A DNA stretch of 64,000 nucleotides from Podarcis melisellensis (lineage: Eukaryota). This document shows, piece by piece, positions 36,249 through 47,437 of this stretch. The DNA is taken from the NCBI GenBank assembly GCA_964234715.1, contig OZ174276.1. One strand, written 5' to 3'. The translations under genes and the position numbers were made by a program. The first letter of the stretch is position 1; each line of letters opens with the position of its first letter. The notes under the pieces were generated by a model. That model saw nothing but the letters and a program-made list of their open reading frames with translations, made no database searches and had not been told where the DNA came from.

Positions 36249-38807
36249 TAAGCTGTTCCTGATCTTGTTATTGGTGTACTCTGACTTCAGAACTGGATAA
36301 CCTTCACCAATTTGCCTCATAATTTGGAGCCCGCACAGAGCCAATGCACACCCCGATATTGCTTAGGCTGGAAAAATGGTACTGACAGGAAGCCATGCTG
36401 GCATCTGTGCAGGCTGGAGAGAAACAAGTCTGTTTAGGAAGACAGTCAAATAATATAATGGGGTATATTCAATGCTAGTCCTACTTGGAGTAGGCCCATT
36501 GGAGTTAATGAACACGACTCTATGTACGACTGCCATTGGCTGCAACCCAATGTTTTGGTCCTACTCCAGCCAAAACCTTAAAAAAAACCTTCCCAAAGAC
36601 AAATACAGTTAACCTCAAATGTATGATTTCAAATGTTTTAAATAAAAGCTGAGACCGGCAAGATCAGAATTAATCTACCTGGATGAAAGCTGAAATACTG
36701 CCACTAATCCTCAGCCTGGCATACAGGCATCAACTTGGTGTGCGTAGACTTAATCCAGATCAAAGAAAACCCTCAGAGCTGCGTTTGCTCTCTGAGACTC
36801 GCACTCCCCACCCAAAAATGAGATCTTCCAGATGGAAACATTCAAAGTTGCTTCACACCAGACACATTTCCTGCATCCATGTAGGAAAAAACTTGCACAG
36901 AAGGCGTGTACCATGGCAGCTCTTTATTTATTTATTACTCTGGTGGTGTCTGGGCATGTACAATGGTCCCATGTGGTGAAGCACCCCTGCTCTTGTCACA
37001 TGCATCATTGCCTCCTGTGGGAGAGAGTTCTGTCGTTTGACCATGTGCTGCATGAAAAAAGACTTTATTTTATCCATCCTGAACCTTCCAACATTCCAGT
37101 GATCAGCATCTGTAAACTCATGAGCGGTCCATGCAACTGCACACAGATGTGAAGCCTCATTACAAGACTGTCTGGGGTAGTCATTTTTTAGAGTCTTTTT
37201 AAAAAAAATCCATTATCTAACTTTTTATATTTCTCCCTCTCTACTTAATCTTAATCAATGGAATGTGAGACTTAGTTATGTACTCGGACATCCCAAATAT
37301 ATTTTCTTCTATGTACCAGACTGTTTATAGCTGCACACTGGTTGATTTCAACTAAAGTTTGTGGCTCAATTTGCCTGGGATCTTCTTCACCATCCTGTTC
37401 CCTGGGAAAATGTGCCAGAGTAATAAACCCCTGCGGCCAGCAGAACTGAACCCTCTGCTCACCATGGTTCAATCCTGCTCAGTTTGGCTATATGCACCTG
37501 GTCCCTTGCATGCACAGGCACAGCAGAGTGGGAGGGCTGTTTGAAAGCTCTTTTGCAAAGAGCCTTGTGCTGCTCTTTGAACCTCTGGAAACCAGAGGTT
37601 TTTCACTGGTGATTCTTCAAAAGTTCTTTATAGGCTACATTCCACAGCCCTCTTGTGCATTAAAGGCTGCACTCCTTCATATCTTTACTGGCGAATAAGT
37701 CCTCTTGAAAACAGTGGGGGTTGTTTTCAAGTAAATTTGCATATTAGAGTACAAACTCAGTCAGTCTGCTGCATTCACAAACAATGGTAAATCAGGGTTC
37801 ATAGTTTATCATGCAGATTGTTCCTGCTTTAATCCTCCCTGCTAGAGAGCAGGAGCAACAAACCATGATGCTTTGCTTGGCGCTATGTCTGAACTAGAGA
37901 TGGTGTTTTTTTTCCATTCCAAACAAACCATTGCATGAAGCCAATAATTGTTCTTGGCTTACCAGTCATTGATTTATTTCAGTGAAACAAACCAAGACCC
38001 TCAGTTGCAACATAATGCTAAGTCAAGGATCTTGTTCCCACGGGGTGATGAGGGGAGAAATCTGCATTCATGGTAAACCATTGACCATGGCTTACAATGA
38101 TGTGCAAACACAAACCATCGCTGCTCACTGAAGCTGGTTTGTTGAATTCTGTAACTTCTGTTCAGCAGCATCGTGTTGTTCATGGGAGATGACCACTTGT
38201 GATGATGATGATGATGAGTTTACTTTTCTTTACTTTATTATTTATATCCTGCCCATCTTACTGGGTTTCTCCAGTCATTCTGGGCTGCTCCCAACAAAAT
38301 ATTAAAAACACAATAAAATGCACTACAAAGTAATACAGACTCTTACACATCTATTATTCTGGAGCCATAAATTAAATTAGCAGATGGTGCAGAAGCCTGC
38401 AAAACTGCTGGTACAAGAAGACAGAAAGGAAATGAGCTTTATAAAAAATGAGTTTTGAAAGTAACATCCTGGTATATCACAGCATGGCGGCTGTGTCTGA
38501 GGGCATAATGACATATTATATACAAATGTGTGCAGCAGAGTCCCGCTGACTTTTTTATTTAAGACAAGAAAAGTTGCTCTGCATGGGTGAAATTTGGACC
38601 GGAGAGACAACTACCCAGTTGATCTTTTAAAACCTGTATTTAATCATTGTGGTGATTTAATCAGTATTTAATATTACGGGTGTGGCATTCAACCCAATGA
38701 CACACCCAAAACATGTTGTTTTTCCCCCCTATGAGAGCAAGACCTGAGTTCTGCTCTTTGCTTCCGACTGTATAAAGGTTAGGAGTGAAGGGAGTTTGGG
38801 TTCGAAA

Positions 38808-38983
38808 GGCCGTGGCTCAGTGGCAGAGCATCTGCTTTGCATGTAGAAGGTCGCAGGTTCAATCCCTGGCATCTTCAGGTAGGACTGGGAATGTTGCCTG
38901 TCTGAACCCTGGACGGAATAGATGATACTGAGCTAGATGGACCAAGGGGCTGGCACAGTATAAGGCAACTGCCTGTGTTTCCT
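38808..38983 (+). mobile_element. tRNA(Ala-like)-headed SINE with CR1-type tail
   Basis: ggccgtggctcagtggcagagcatctgctttgcatg...ggttcaatccctggcatc head; tactgagctagatggacca tail; decayed relatives near 16995-17140 and 46430-46590. Confidence 0.7.
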
Positions 38984-39328
38984 GGCCCCCTTCCCATGCA
39001 TCTAACCAAAGGTGTGAATGGAGCTGCACATGGACACAATCCTTTGGTTTGTAAGTGCAATTTGGAACCGTGATGGTGCAAAGCTGCTGATAAGCGGAAG
39101 AAGCTGCATATAGTTGTATGCATGTAAAAGTCCATTCATGCCTTCCACAGAATGTTCAGTGCGCAGAAGAGATCAGGACAGGGCAGAATGCATCTACTCA
39201 TCTTACCTCTATATGTTCAGTGATCGTAGTTTGAGGGTTAGAATGATCAAGACTCTTCTTACAACCCAAGTGAAATGCCTTTGTGTGAAAATCCCCGTGG
39301 GTTTTAAGAGACCCTACTAGTAATAAAT

Positions 39329-39581
39329 GCCTGCCAACCTAGCAGTTCGAAAGCACCTCCGGGTGCAAGTAGATAAATAGGGACCGCTTACCAGCAGGAA
39401 GGTAAACGGCGTTTCTGTGTGCGGCTCTGGCTCGCCAGAGCAGCGATGTCACGCTGGCCACGTGACCCGGAAGTGTCTCCGGACAGCGCTGGCCCCTGGC
39501 CTCTTAAGTGAGATGGGCGCACAACCCCAGAGTCTGGCAAGACTGGCCCGTACGGGCAGGGGTACCTTTACCTTTACCTTT
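39329..39581 (+). mobile_element. 5'-truncated Sauria SINE
   Basis: cctgccaacctagcagttcgaaagcac...(ACCTTT)n tail; 14-bp TSD TACTAGTAATAAAT at 39315-39328 and 39582-39595. Confidence 0.92.
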
Positions 39582-40155
39582 TACTAGTAATAAATATGCC
39601 TATGTGTTTTTAAATGGCATCGGAGGAGAAGGGGAAGTCCTCACTTCTTTTTCTGAAATCTTGTGTTTGCAGATAAATGGATGGAAATGCAACAGACGGA
39701 GTCCGTTTTCAGCATATCTGAAGGATTCTGTTACTGGCATGCCTCTGTTTGTGAAGAGCTCCCCCCAGAGATTTTTATAGGGCATGTATAATTACACAAT
39801 GACACACATTCTTGCATACAAACGAGCTATTCCCAGTTATCCATGCCAGAGTTGGGATTTTTCTTTAGCCGCAACGCTGGTGGGACATCTTCTTCAAACA
39901 GGTGTGTTCCTTAGCAGCCTATGAGTGGTATTGTCCTTCAGCTACCATGTTCAGTATGGTTTTGTTTGTTTAATGGGAAAGGAAAGCAAGATATAAAGAG
40001 GGATTTTTTAAAAGATCAGACATGATTTAATCATATGAACATCTCTCCTCTGGAACAACTCCCAGGTGCTAATACTCTACTGAAGAGATAAGGGACCTGT
40101 GACCCTCCGAGTGCTGCTGTACTACAATTCCCATCATCCCTGACTACTCATAGAC

Positions 40156-40291
40156 CAGGCATAGGCAAACTCGGCCCTCCAGATGTTTTGGGACTACAAC
40201 TCCCATCATCCCTGACCACTGGTCCTGTTAGCTAGGAATGATGGGAGTTGTAGTCCCAAAACCTCTGGAGGGCCGAATTTGCCTATGCCTG
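40156..40291. mobile_element. Palindromic hAT MITE nested in an older related copy (~40088-40355); another copy at ~40511-40645
   Basis: CAGGCATAGGCAAACTCGGCCCTCCAG...CTGGAGGGCCGAATTTGCCTATGCCTG; 8-bp TSD TCATAGAC/TCATAGGC. Confidence 0.9.
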
Positions 40292-42412
40292 TCATAGGCC
40301 TTACTGACAGCAGTTGTAGTCCAACAACAGGTGGAAGACCTCAGTTTCCCCACACCTAACCTATTGTAACTATGTATGTTTACCTGAAATAACAGCATCT
40401 TTCCCCCGCCTCTAGTTCCTCTACTCTTTCCCTCATGTCTTTTTAAAAAGTGGCTCCCTTGGGGTAAGGACTTGCCAGACCTGTTCTCTGTAAAGCATGA
40501 GATACGCAGAACAGGGATAGCCAAAGTGGTGCCCTCCAGAAGTTTTGGACTACAACTCCCAAGAGCCCCAGCTAGCATGGCCAATGGTCAGGGTTGCTGG
40601 GAGTTGTGATCCAGCACCTCTGGAGGGTGCCATGTTGGTTGACTCTGAAATAAAACTAGATGGTAATAGTCATAATAATATTATTAATAATAATAGCTTT
40701 TGAGGCAAAAATTTGAAGCAGGTGGAGTCATGTCTGCAAGAGCTGCTCAATCATCATTTGACTGTTGAAGGGGCAGAGGATGAGATGCAACAAAATCTCA
40801 ACAAATTAGAAAGCATGGGAACAAGAACATTTTCGGCTGGCTTAAGAAACAAACAAACAAGAGGGAACTTGTTAGCAAACAAGGAGGAATGAAAACTTGT
40901 GTGTTTTGCATGTATTTATGGTGTGGGTAAACAAGGAATGAAAGGAAATGTTTTGCTGTAACATTTTGAAAGAATGAAAAAGAGTCAACATCTTTAAAAC
41001 AGTCACAGCAGCTTATGACATTATTTACATTATGACATTATTATTGCTATTTACTCAGGGCTGGTAAACGGTTCCTGACACATTAATAGACCAAGTTTTG
41101 CTTGAGTTCTAATCGTTCCAATGACTCCCTTCCCTCTTTTTCTTTTTCTTTTTCTTCCTCCTCCGCCTTTTTGAAATTGGTGACCCTTGCCTCCTTCATA
41201 GCTCCATTTTTTAAAAGGCATTAAAAGAATCACTCCTGCATGCTGGTCCTTGCCTTTTTATAGAAGTGGCCTAGCTCTAGGCAAAAGGCTTGAGATGCTT
41301 CCACTGCCACCCTGTGCCACAGAAGTAAGGGTGTCTTACTCCCAGGGAGGGAGGGAAGAATCTACCAATTTTGGTTCTTTCCGTTTTCATTTTTCCAAAC
41401 TTAAATTGGGTTTTCCACATTTCTGCAGCACCCTGCAAATTTCATTTTTAAAAAAATCCTCCTGCATTTTAGCGCAAATGTCTCCCAATAAACCCTTTTC
41501 TGTACGCAGTTTTGATGAATGTACGCAATTTTGCAAGCAGTTTCTCCTAACGTAATGCATTTCTGTATGTTATTGTTGCTAATATATTCACTTTTATGCA
41601 CACTTCTACCCAATGTATGCATTTTTGTAAGCAACTGCATCACGAAATTCGGATCAGTGTGAATTTCAAAAGGATGGCTCTTTCTCACATTATTTCAGAA
41701 AGTGCACATTGAATAAATTTGGCTTTAAATGTGAATTGAAATGAATTTACCCCTCATCCCTACTCCTAGGGAAGGATAGGTTCATAGTTTTCGGCCCTTC
41801 TATTGAAAGTAGGAACCAAGGGAGTGGAGAGTGCTCTTGTGTTCGAATCCTGCTTGCAGGTTTCCCTCAGGCATCTGGGAGGCCAGTAGAGGGGACACTG
41901 GCCTGATCCAGCAGGCTCTTCATAGGTCCTTAGTGTGCCCTCTCTTCCAACGTGGGACTCAGCAGCTGCTTGTGTTCTGCAGATTCTTTAAGGTTGTGCC
42001 CACACATGTTAAAGGTGCAGCCAGAGGCAAGACAGTGAGAAAGCCAGCCACAGTCGTAGCTTGCCCTGTGCTAACAGCAAAGGATCTTTTGTACTCCAAG
42101 AGCAGCTTAGAGTTTAGTGCTATATATGTGTGTTTGTGCAGGCATGTGTGTATTAACCAACTGAGAGATTACACCTCATATAGTGGCAGTTTCACCTTGA
42201 AGTTCAGAACTATAAGGGTTGGGTATCCACCCAGTGTGGGGAATGGAAGGTGCTCATCCTGTATTGCTGTATGTTCACTTCATCCAGTCATATTCTACTC
42301 AGCACCTCACTCCCACCCTGATACTAAACATTGCAACTGCTCAGAATACACAACTGCTTGCTGCCTGTCTATGCAGCCTGGCTTTAATGCTGCAAAATAA
42401 CCAGCCACATGC

Positions 42413-42415
<3 letters not shown>

Positions 42416-42456
<41 letters not shown>
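42416..42456. repeat. (AC)n microsatellite
   Basis: Direct reading. Confidence 0.97.
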
Positions 42457-42459
<3 letters not shown>

Positions 42460-42576
42460 TGCTTTTTTCCTTTAAAAAATGTTTAGGGGTACTCTCATTT
42501 TGATTCAAGAAAATCACCATTTTATAGTTCAAAGCAGGAAACATAAATACAGTAAATGGACAAAAGTACACACACA

Positions 42577-42925
42577 ATTTTTATTAAATATTCTGTTTTA
42601 CAATTTAAAATGCTCATTTTACATCCTTAAGATATCAGTCACTTCCCTTCATTCTCTTCCCATGGTTCATTTTACATATCATTAATCCCTGCATATTTTA
42701 CAAAAACTATACCATTCAGTATTCCATTATTGCATCCATCAAAACCTATTTATGCTGTTGACTTAATCTTAATGCTGCCAGCACTTTCAGCTGTACACCA
42801 TTATTTCCCATATGGTGAATAAACATTTTCCAATCTTCTTTAAACGTATATTCTTCTTGTTCTCTTATTCTATATTTTATGTCCACAAGTTGTGCATATT
42901 CTGTCAACTTAAGTTGCAGCCGCAT
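42577..42925 (-). mobile_element. L1 3' end fragment
   Basis: LKLTEYAQLVDIKYRIREQEEYTFKEDWKMFIHHM...LKVLAAL, same family as the other L1 ends. Confidence 0.82.
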
Positions 42926-43450
42926 GCAGTATTCTTTGTCTTGTTGCCCCTCCCTGCCCTCCTCCCTTGGCTGTTGGAGGCAGTCTGCCCCTGAACTCCA
43001 GTTGCTGAGAATCCCAAGAGCACTGTCATGCTCAGGTCCTGCTTGCAGGCGTCCTAGGGGCATCTAGTTGGCAACAGTGAGAACAGAATGCTGAACTAGA
43101 TGGGCCCTTGGCCTGATCTAGCGGGGCTCTACTCTACTAAGGCTTGTCTAATCCAGCATCCCATTTCTCAGTGTCCTACCTCCAGGACACAAGGGCAACA
43201 TCTCTTTCCTGCTGTTGCTCTCCATCTAATGGTTATGCAATGCCACCTGCTTTTGTACACAGAGGTTTTATACATGATTAAAAGCCATGAATATATTTCT
43301 CCTCTGTGAACTTGTCTACACTCCTTTTGAACCCATATATCACTCAACCAATCAATAAGCTCAATCTCACCGGCTGTGTTTCATCCAAAAAGGTTGCAAA
43401 TCAAAGGAAACCCAGCAGCAAAATTAAATAACACACTACTGGATGTGGAA

Positions 43451-43801
43451 GGGACACTGGTGGCACTGTGGGTTAAACCTCAGAGCCTAGGGCTTGCTGA
43501 TCAGAAGGTCGGCGGTTCGAATCCCCGTGACGGGGTGAGCTCCCGTTGCTCAGTCCCTGCTCCTGCCCACCTAGCAGTTCGAAAGCACGTCAAAGTGCAA
43601 GTAGATAAATAGGTACCGCTCTGGTGGGAAGGTAAACGGCATTTCCGTGCGCTGCTCTGGTTGCCAGAAGAGGCTTAGTCATGCTGGCCACATGACCTGG
43701 AAGCTGTACGCTGGCTCCCTTGGCCAATAAAGCGAGATGAGTGCCGCAACCCCAGAGTCGGTCACGACTGGACCTAATGGTCAGGGGTCCCTTTACCTTT
43801 A
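43451..43801 (+). mobile_element. Full-length Sauria SINE
   Basis: GGGACACTGGTGGCACTGTGGGTTAAACC...GGTTCGAATCCC...GGTCAGGGGTCCCTTTACCTTT; diverged TSD. Confidence 0.95.
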
Positions 43802-43931
43802 CATTACTGTATATGGAATGATAAAGCAGATAGAGGCAAGGGAATCAGACCATGGGTCCATCTAGCTGGCTGGCTAGCCGTCTTCTGGAGATTGAACCAA
43901 GGACATTCTTCACGTAAAAGAGATGCTCTGT

Positions 43932-44050
43932 CATAGAATCATAGATTTGTAGGGTTGGAAGGGACCCTGAGGGTCATGTAGGAATCTCATCTAAAGCATC
44001 CATGACAGATGACCACCCGACCTCTGCTTAAAAACTTGCAGTGAATGAGT
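43932..44050 (-). mobile_element. CR1 LINE 3' end
   Basis: catagaatcatag...gttggaagggaccc, the reverse of the CR1 (ATTCTATG)n tail. Confidence 0.75.
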
Positions 44051-44068
44051 TTTATCAAACAGACTGAA

Positions 44069-44215
44069 GCGGTAGCTCAGTCCATAGAGCATGAGATTTT
44101 TAATCCCAGGGTCATGGGTTTGAGACCCACTTTGGGCAAAAGATTCCTGCATGGCAGGGAGTCCAACTAGACGACCCTTTTGGTACCTTCCAATTCTACA
44201 GTTCTATGATTCTAT
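44069..44215 (+). mobile_element. tRNA-Lys-headed SINE with CR1 tail
   Basis: tagctcagtccatagagcatgagatttttaatcccagggtcatgggtttgagacccactttgggc resembles tRNA-Lys; ends in ttctatgattctat. Confidence 0.8.
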
Positions 44216-45133
44216 AAAAAAGCATCCAGTAATTCATTAGAACATAATAGGGGCCAATGAAATTAACTCTCAAAATGCTAGTAAACAATGAAACCTGCTC
44301 TTGACAATTGCAAGCATTCTCTTTCTCCAGCTCCCCTATGCTATCAAAGCGCCCTGATAAAACCTCAAAACCCATCAAATAGATTCCACTCACTCAACAC
44401 ACTTCCACTCACACAAATTCCACACCCTTCAACACACCCAGGCCTCAAACAACCTACACCTGCCTTCTGTTAACTTTTGTCTTTCCTTTGTTAGTTTTCC
44501 TGATCCTTATGTTGAAGGCTGCATAAAACGCAGTGGCAAGAGCATATTTGCCTTCAGAGTTTCCATTCTCTGTGTGAGGACCGTTCTTGATCAAGGCATC
44601 TGAATGAGTCTGGTGATTCCCACAGCGCATCAGAAGGAAATCTGGGACAATGTAACACAATGCACTGCCGTTACTCGAAGTCTGAGAAGATGGCCTTTGC
44701 ACTTTGCACTTGAGATGTGAAATTCGTCCCATAAAATCAAGGCACAACTGGGGTGGAATGCCTGGCTGCACACCTCCTGCCTTTGTCTTCCACATGTTGG
44801 GGGAAAGGAGGATTTGCTGTGCCAGGCACCATGTCAGCCTGAAAAGGCATTAGCATTTTCTCCTTCATATGCTATTATAATCTTTGGCTTTCAGGAGGAG
44901 GAATTTTCAGTGGCAGCTAGGAATGCATCTACAGGCTGTGTATATGTTGCCATTTACTCCAGCTCCAGTTTTTTTGCTCCACTAGTGTTCTCTTTCTATT
45001 CTGCTCCTCCTTTCCTCATCTTCTATGTCCCTTCTGTTCTGAGTTACCTTTCATCTGCCTTTAGGCTTTATTTAACAGACTGTACATGAAGTATACACAA
45101 AGACAAAGAACTGAGGTTATTATGTTTAATAGG

Positions 45134-45482
45134 TAAAAGTAAAGGTGAAGGACCCCTGGACGGTTAAGTCCAGTCAAAGGTGACTATGGGACGCTCATCT
45201 CGCTTTCAGGTCGAGGGAGCCGGCATTTGTTCACAGACAGCTTTCCAGGTCATGGGGCCAGCAGGACATTGTGATGGAAGTCAGAGTGCACGGAAATGCC
45301 GTTTAGCTTCCCACTACAGCAGTACCTATTTATCTACTGGCGTGCTTTCGAACTGCTAGGTTGGCAGGAGCTGGGACAGAGCAAGAGGGAGCTCACCCCA
45401 TCACGGGGATTCAAACCACCAAGCTTCCAATTGGCAAGCCCAAGAGGCACAGTAGCTTAGACCACAGTGCCACCCGCATCCC
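45134..45482 (-). mobile_element. Full-length Sauria SINE
   Basis: Reverse complement of the Sauria consensus; 13-bp TSD TATGTTTAATAGG at 45121-45133 and 45483-45495. Confidence 0.93.
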
Positions 45483-45731
45483 TATGTTTAATAGGAAGCA
45501 GTCACTGGCCGATCGAGGTCAATACTGACTGCACTGGTAGTCACTAGAGAAGCCAGAAATTGGACCATAATTCCCAGAGTTCCCTGGGAAGAGGGATTGA
45601 CTGTTAAACCATTCTGTAGATCTGTGAAAGGAATCGAGGTCTCCTAACAATTCTCAGTGCCCTATGGTTCCCAGTATTATTTTTGGAAAAGCCAAGGCTG
45701 TTTAAAGTGATATGATACCACTTTAAAGGTA

Positions 45732-45991
45732 CAGTGGTATCTCTGGATGCGAACAGGATCCGTTCTGGAGCCCCGTTCACATCCTGAAGCGAACGTAACA
45801 CGTGACTGCACGTCTGCATGTGCGCAAGTCGTGTTTCACCACTTGCGCGCATGCACATGACTTGATTTTTAGCGTCCTCGCATGCGCGAGAAGCGAAACC
45901 TGGAAGTAACACATTCCATTACTTCCAGGTTGCTGCAGAGCACAATCCGAAAATGCTCAACCTGAAGCGTATTCTTCCCGAGGTATGACTG
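45732..45991. mobile_element. Tigger/mariner-type MITE nested in an older MITE (~45565-46010)
   Basis: TA-CAGTGGTATCTC ... GAGGTATGACTG-TA. Confidence 0.82.
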
Positions 45992-47208
45992 TATAGTGAA
46001 GATAGGACCTGAGTTCACATCTAAAAGAGAAGATCACCATAATACAGAACTTATTTGCTTTTCAGATGTTGGCTGCTCTCTTTGTGTGGGATTCGGCCCC
46101 CCCCCCGCCCCCCATACATTATAACAGAAACAATTTTCAAATTGCATCTTGGAACACTGATGTAGGCAACGTGTTCTGTGACCTTAACAGAGCCAATCAG
46201 AGCACATAAAACTTTAAAAAGTCCATTTATCAGAACAAGTGCATCACGTGCTAATATAAAAACAACATAGAGTCTTGTGGCTCCAAGATGAGCACTTTTA
46301 TTATGGCGTGAGATTTTATGGACTGAAGCCCACTTCGTTAGGTGCATTTTTAGCTGTTTACTGACATCTTGTGGCCATCTTGGACGAAAAGGCAAAACTG
46401 CTGCATTACTCTCCTTCTGAGATTAGGGAGGAGCCACGGCTTTCCATGCCGAAGGTCCAATATTCAAGCTCTGGCATCACCAGCTAAAAGGATAGCAAAT
46501 CATGGGAGACCTAGAAAGTCACTATCAATCACAGCAGACAAGGCTGGAAGAAATGAACCACTGCGGTCATACTCGGTATTATACAGATTCATGGTTCAGA
46601 TTTGTGCACAGCAAATCAGGTGACTGTGAACTGCAAAGTTCCTAGTTTAAACTGCCATAGATCCAATGTGAGAGGAAGTTAGACTTGTGGTGCCTCTCTT
46701 GCACCTCTTAAATCAGGAATGCATGGCACTGAGACAGAGGTATTTCAATAAAGGTTGGATGGTTACCTATCAGAGATGCTGTGGCAGAGGATTTCAGCAG
46801 GGGGCTGGGCTGGATGATTTTGGAGGTCCCTGTCTAATCCAAGATTCTGCTATCCCAGCTCAGTAGGGATATCATTCTTGACTGTGCAGACACTGAGTGT
46901 AATATCCACAGTTACAACTATTTTGTGGTGTATCATGCACCCAATACAAATCACAGTGTTTTGGTTTTTCGTTTCAAGTGGTGCTGAATTATTACCAAAC
47001 CCTTGTTGCTAATCAACAATCACAATGATGAGACCGAGAAAAAAAGTCAGAACTGAAAATCTATGCAACTGGCATTTTCGGAGAAGTTGCTTGGTGTGGA
47101 CATTCATCCAAACTGTTGTTTTTTAAAAAGTTATTTTTATTAAAGGGTTTTCATAGTTAAGAGTCCTTTCTACAGGTCAGTTGCATTCAGCGTGAGAGAC
47201 GCTGCTGT

Positions 47209-47437
47209 CATAGATATTGTGAGGTTGGCGGGGGAGAGAATCGGGAAGAGAAGGGAGAAAGAAAGGGGGCAGCGATTTTTAACTCTTTTGCTTAGTGCAT
47301 TTGCAGAGTTTTTGTGTCAGTGTTGTGAGGATAGGTTGGGGAGCTCTGCACATGCACTAAGCAAAAGAGTTAAAAATCGCTGCCCCCTTTCCTTCTCCCT
47401 CCCGATTTTCTGCCCCGCCAACCTCACAATGTCCATG
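47209..47437. repeat. Long inverted repeat (~100-bp arms, ~30-nt spacer)
   Basis: 47209-47310 is the near reverse complement of 47342-47437. Confidence 0.92.

Noticed and set aside
41831-42400. 189-aa plus-strand ORF
   Set aside because: Starts in a CR1 remnant at a non-ATG codon; no recognisable domain or splice structure
44069-44140. Apparent tRNA-Lys gene (also 15418, and the Ala-like head at 38808)
   Set aside because: Stems and T-loop are mutated and each runs into a CR1-type tail; these are SINE heads, not tRNA genes
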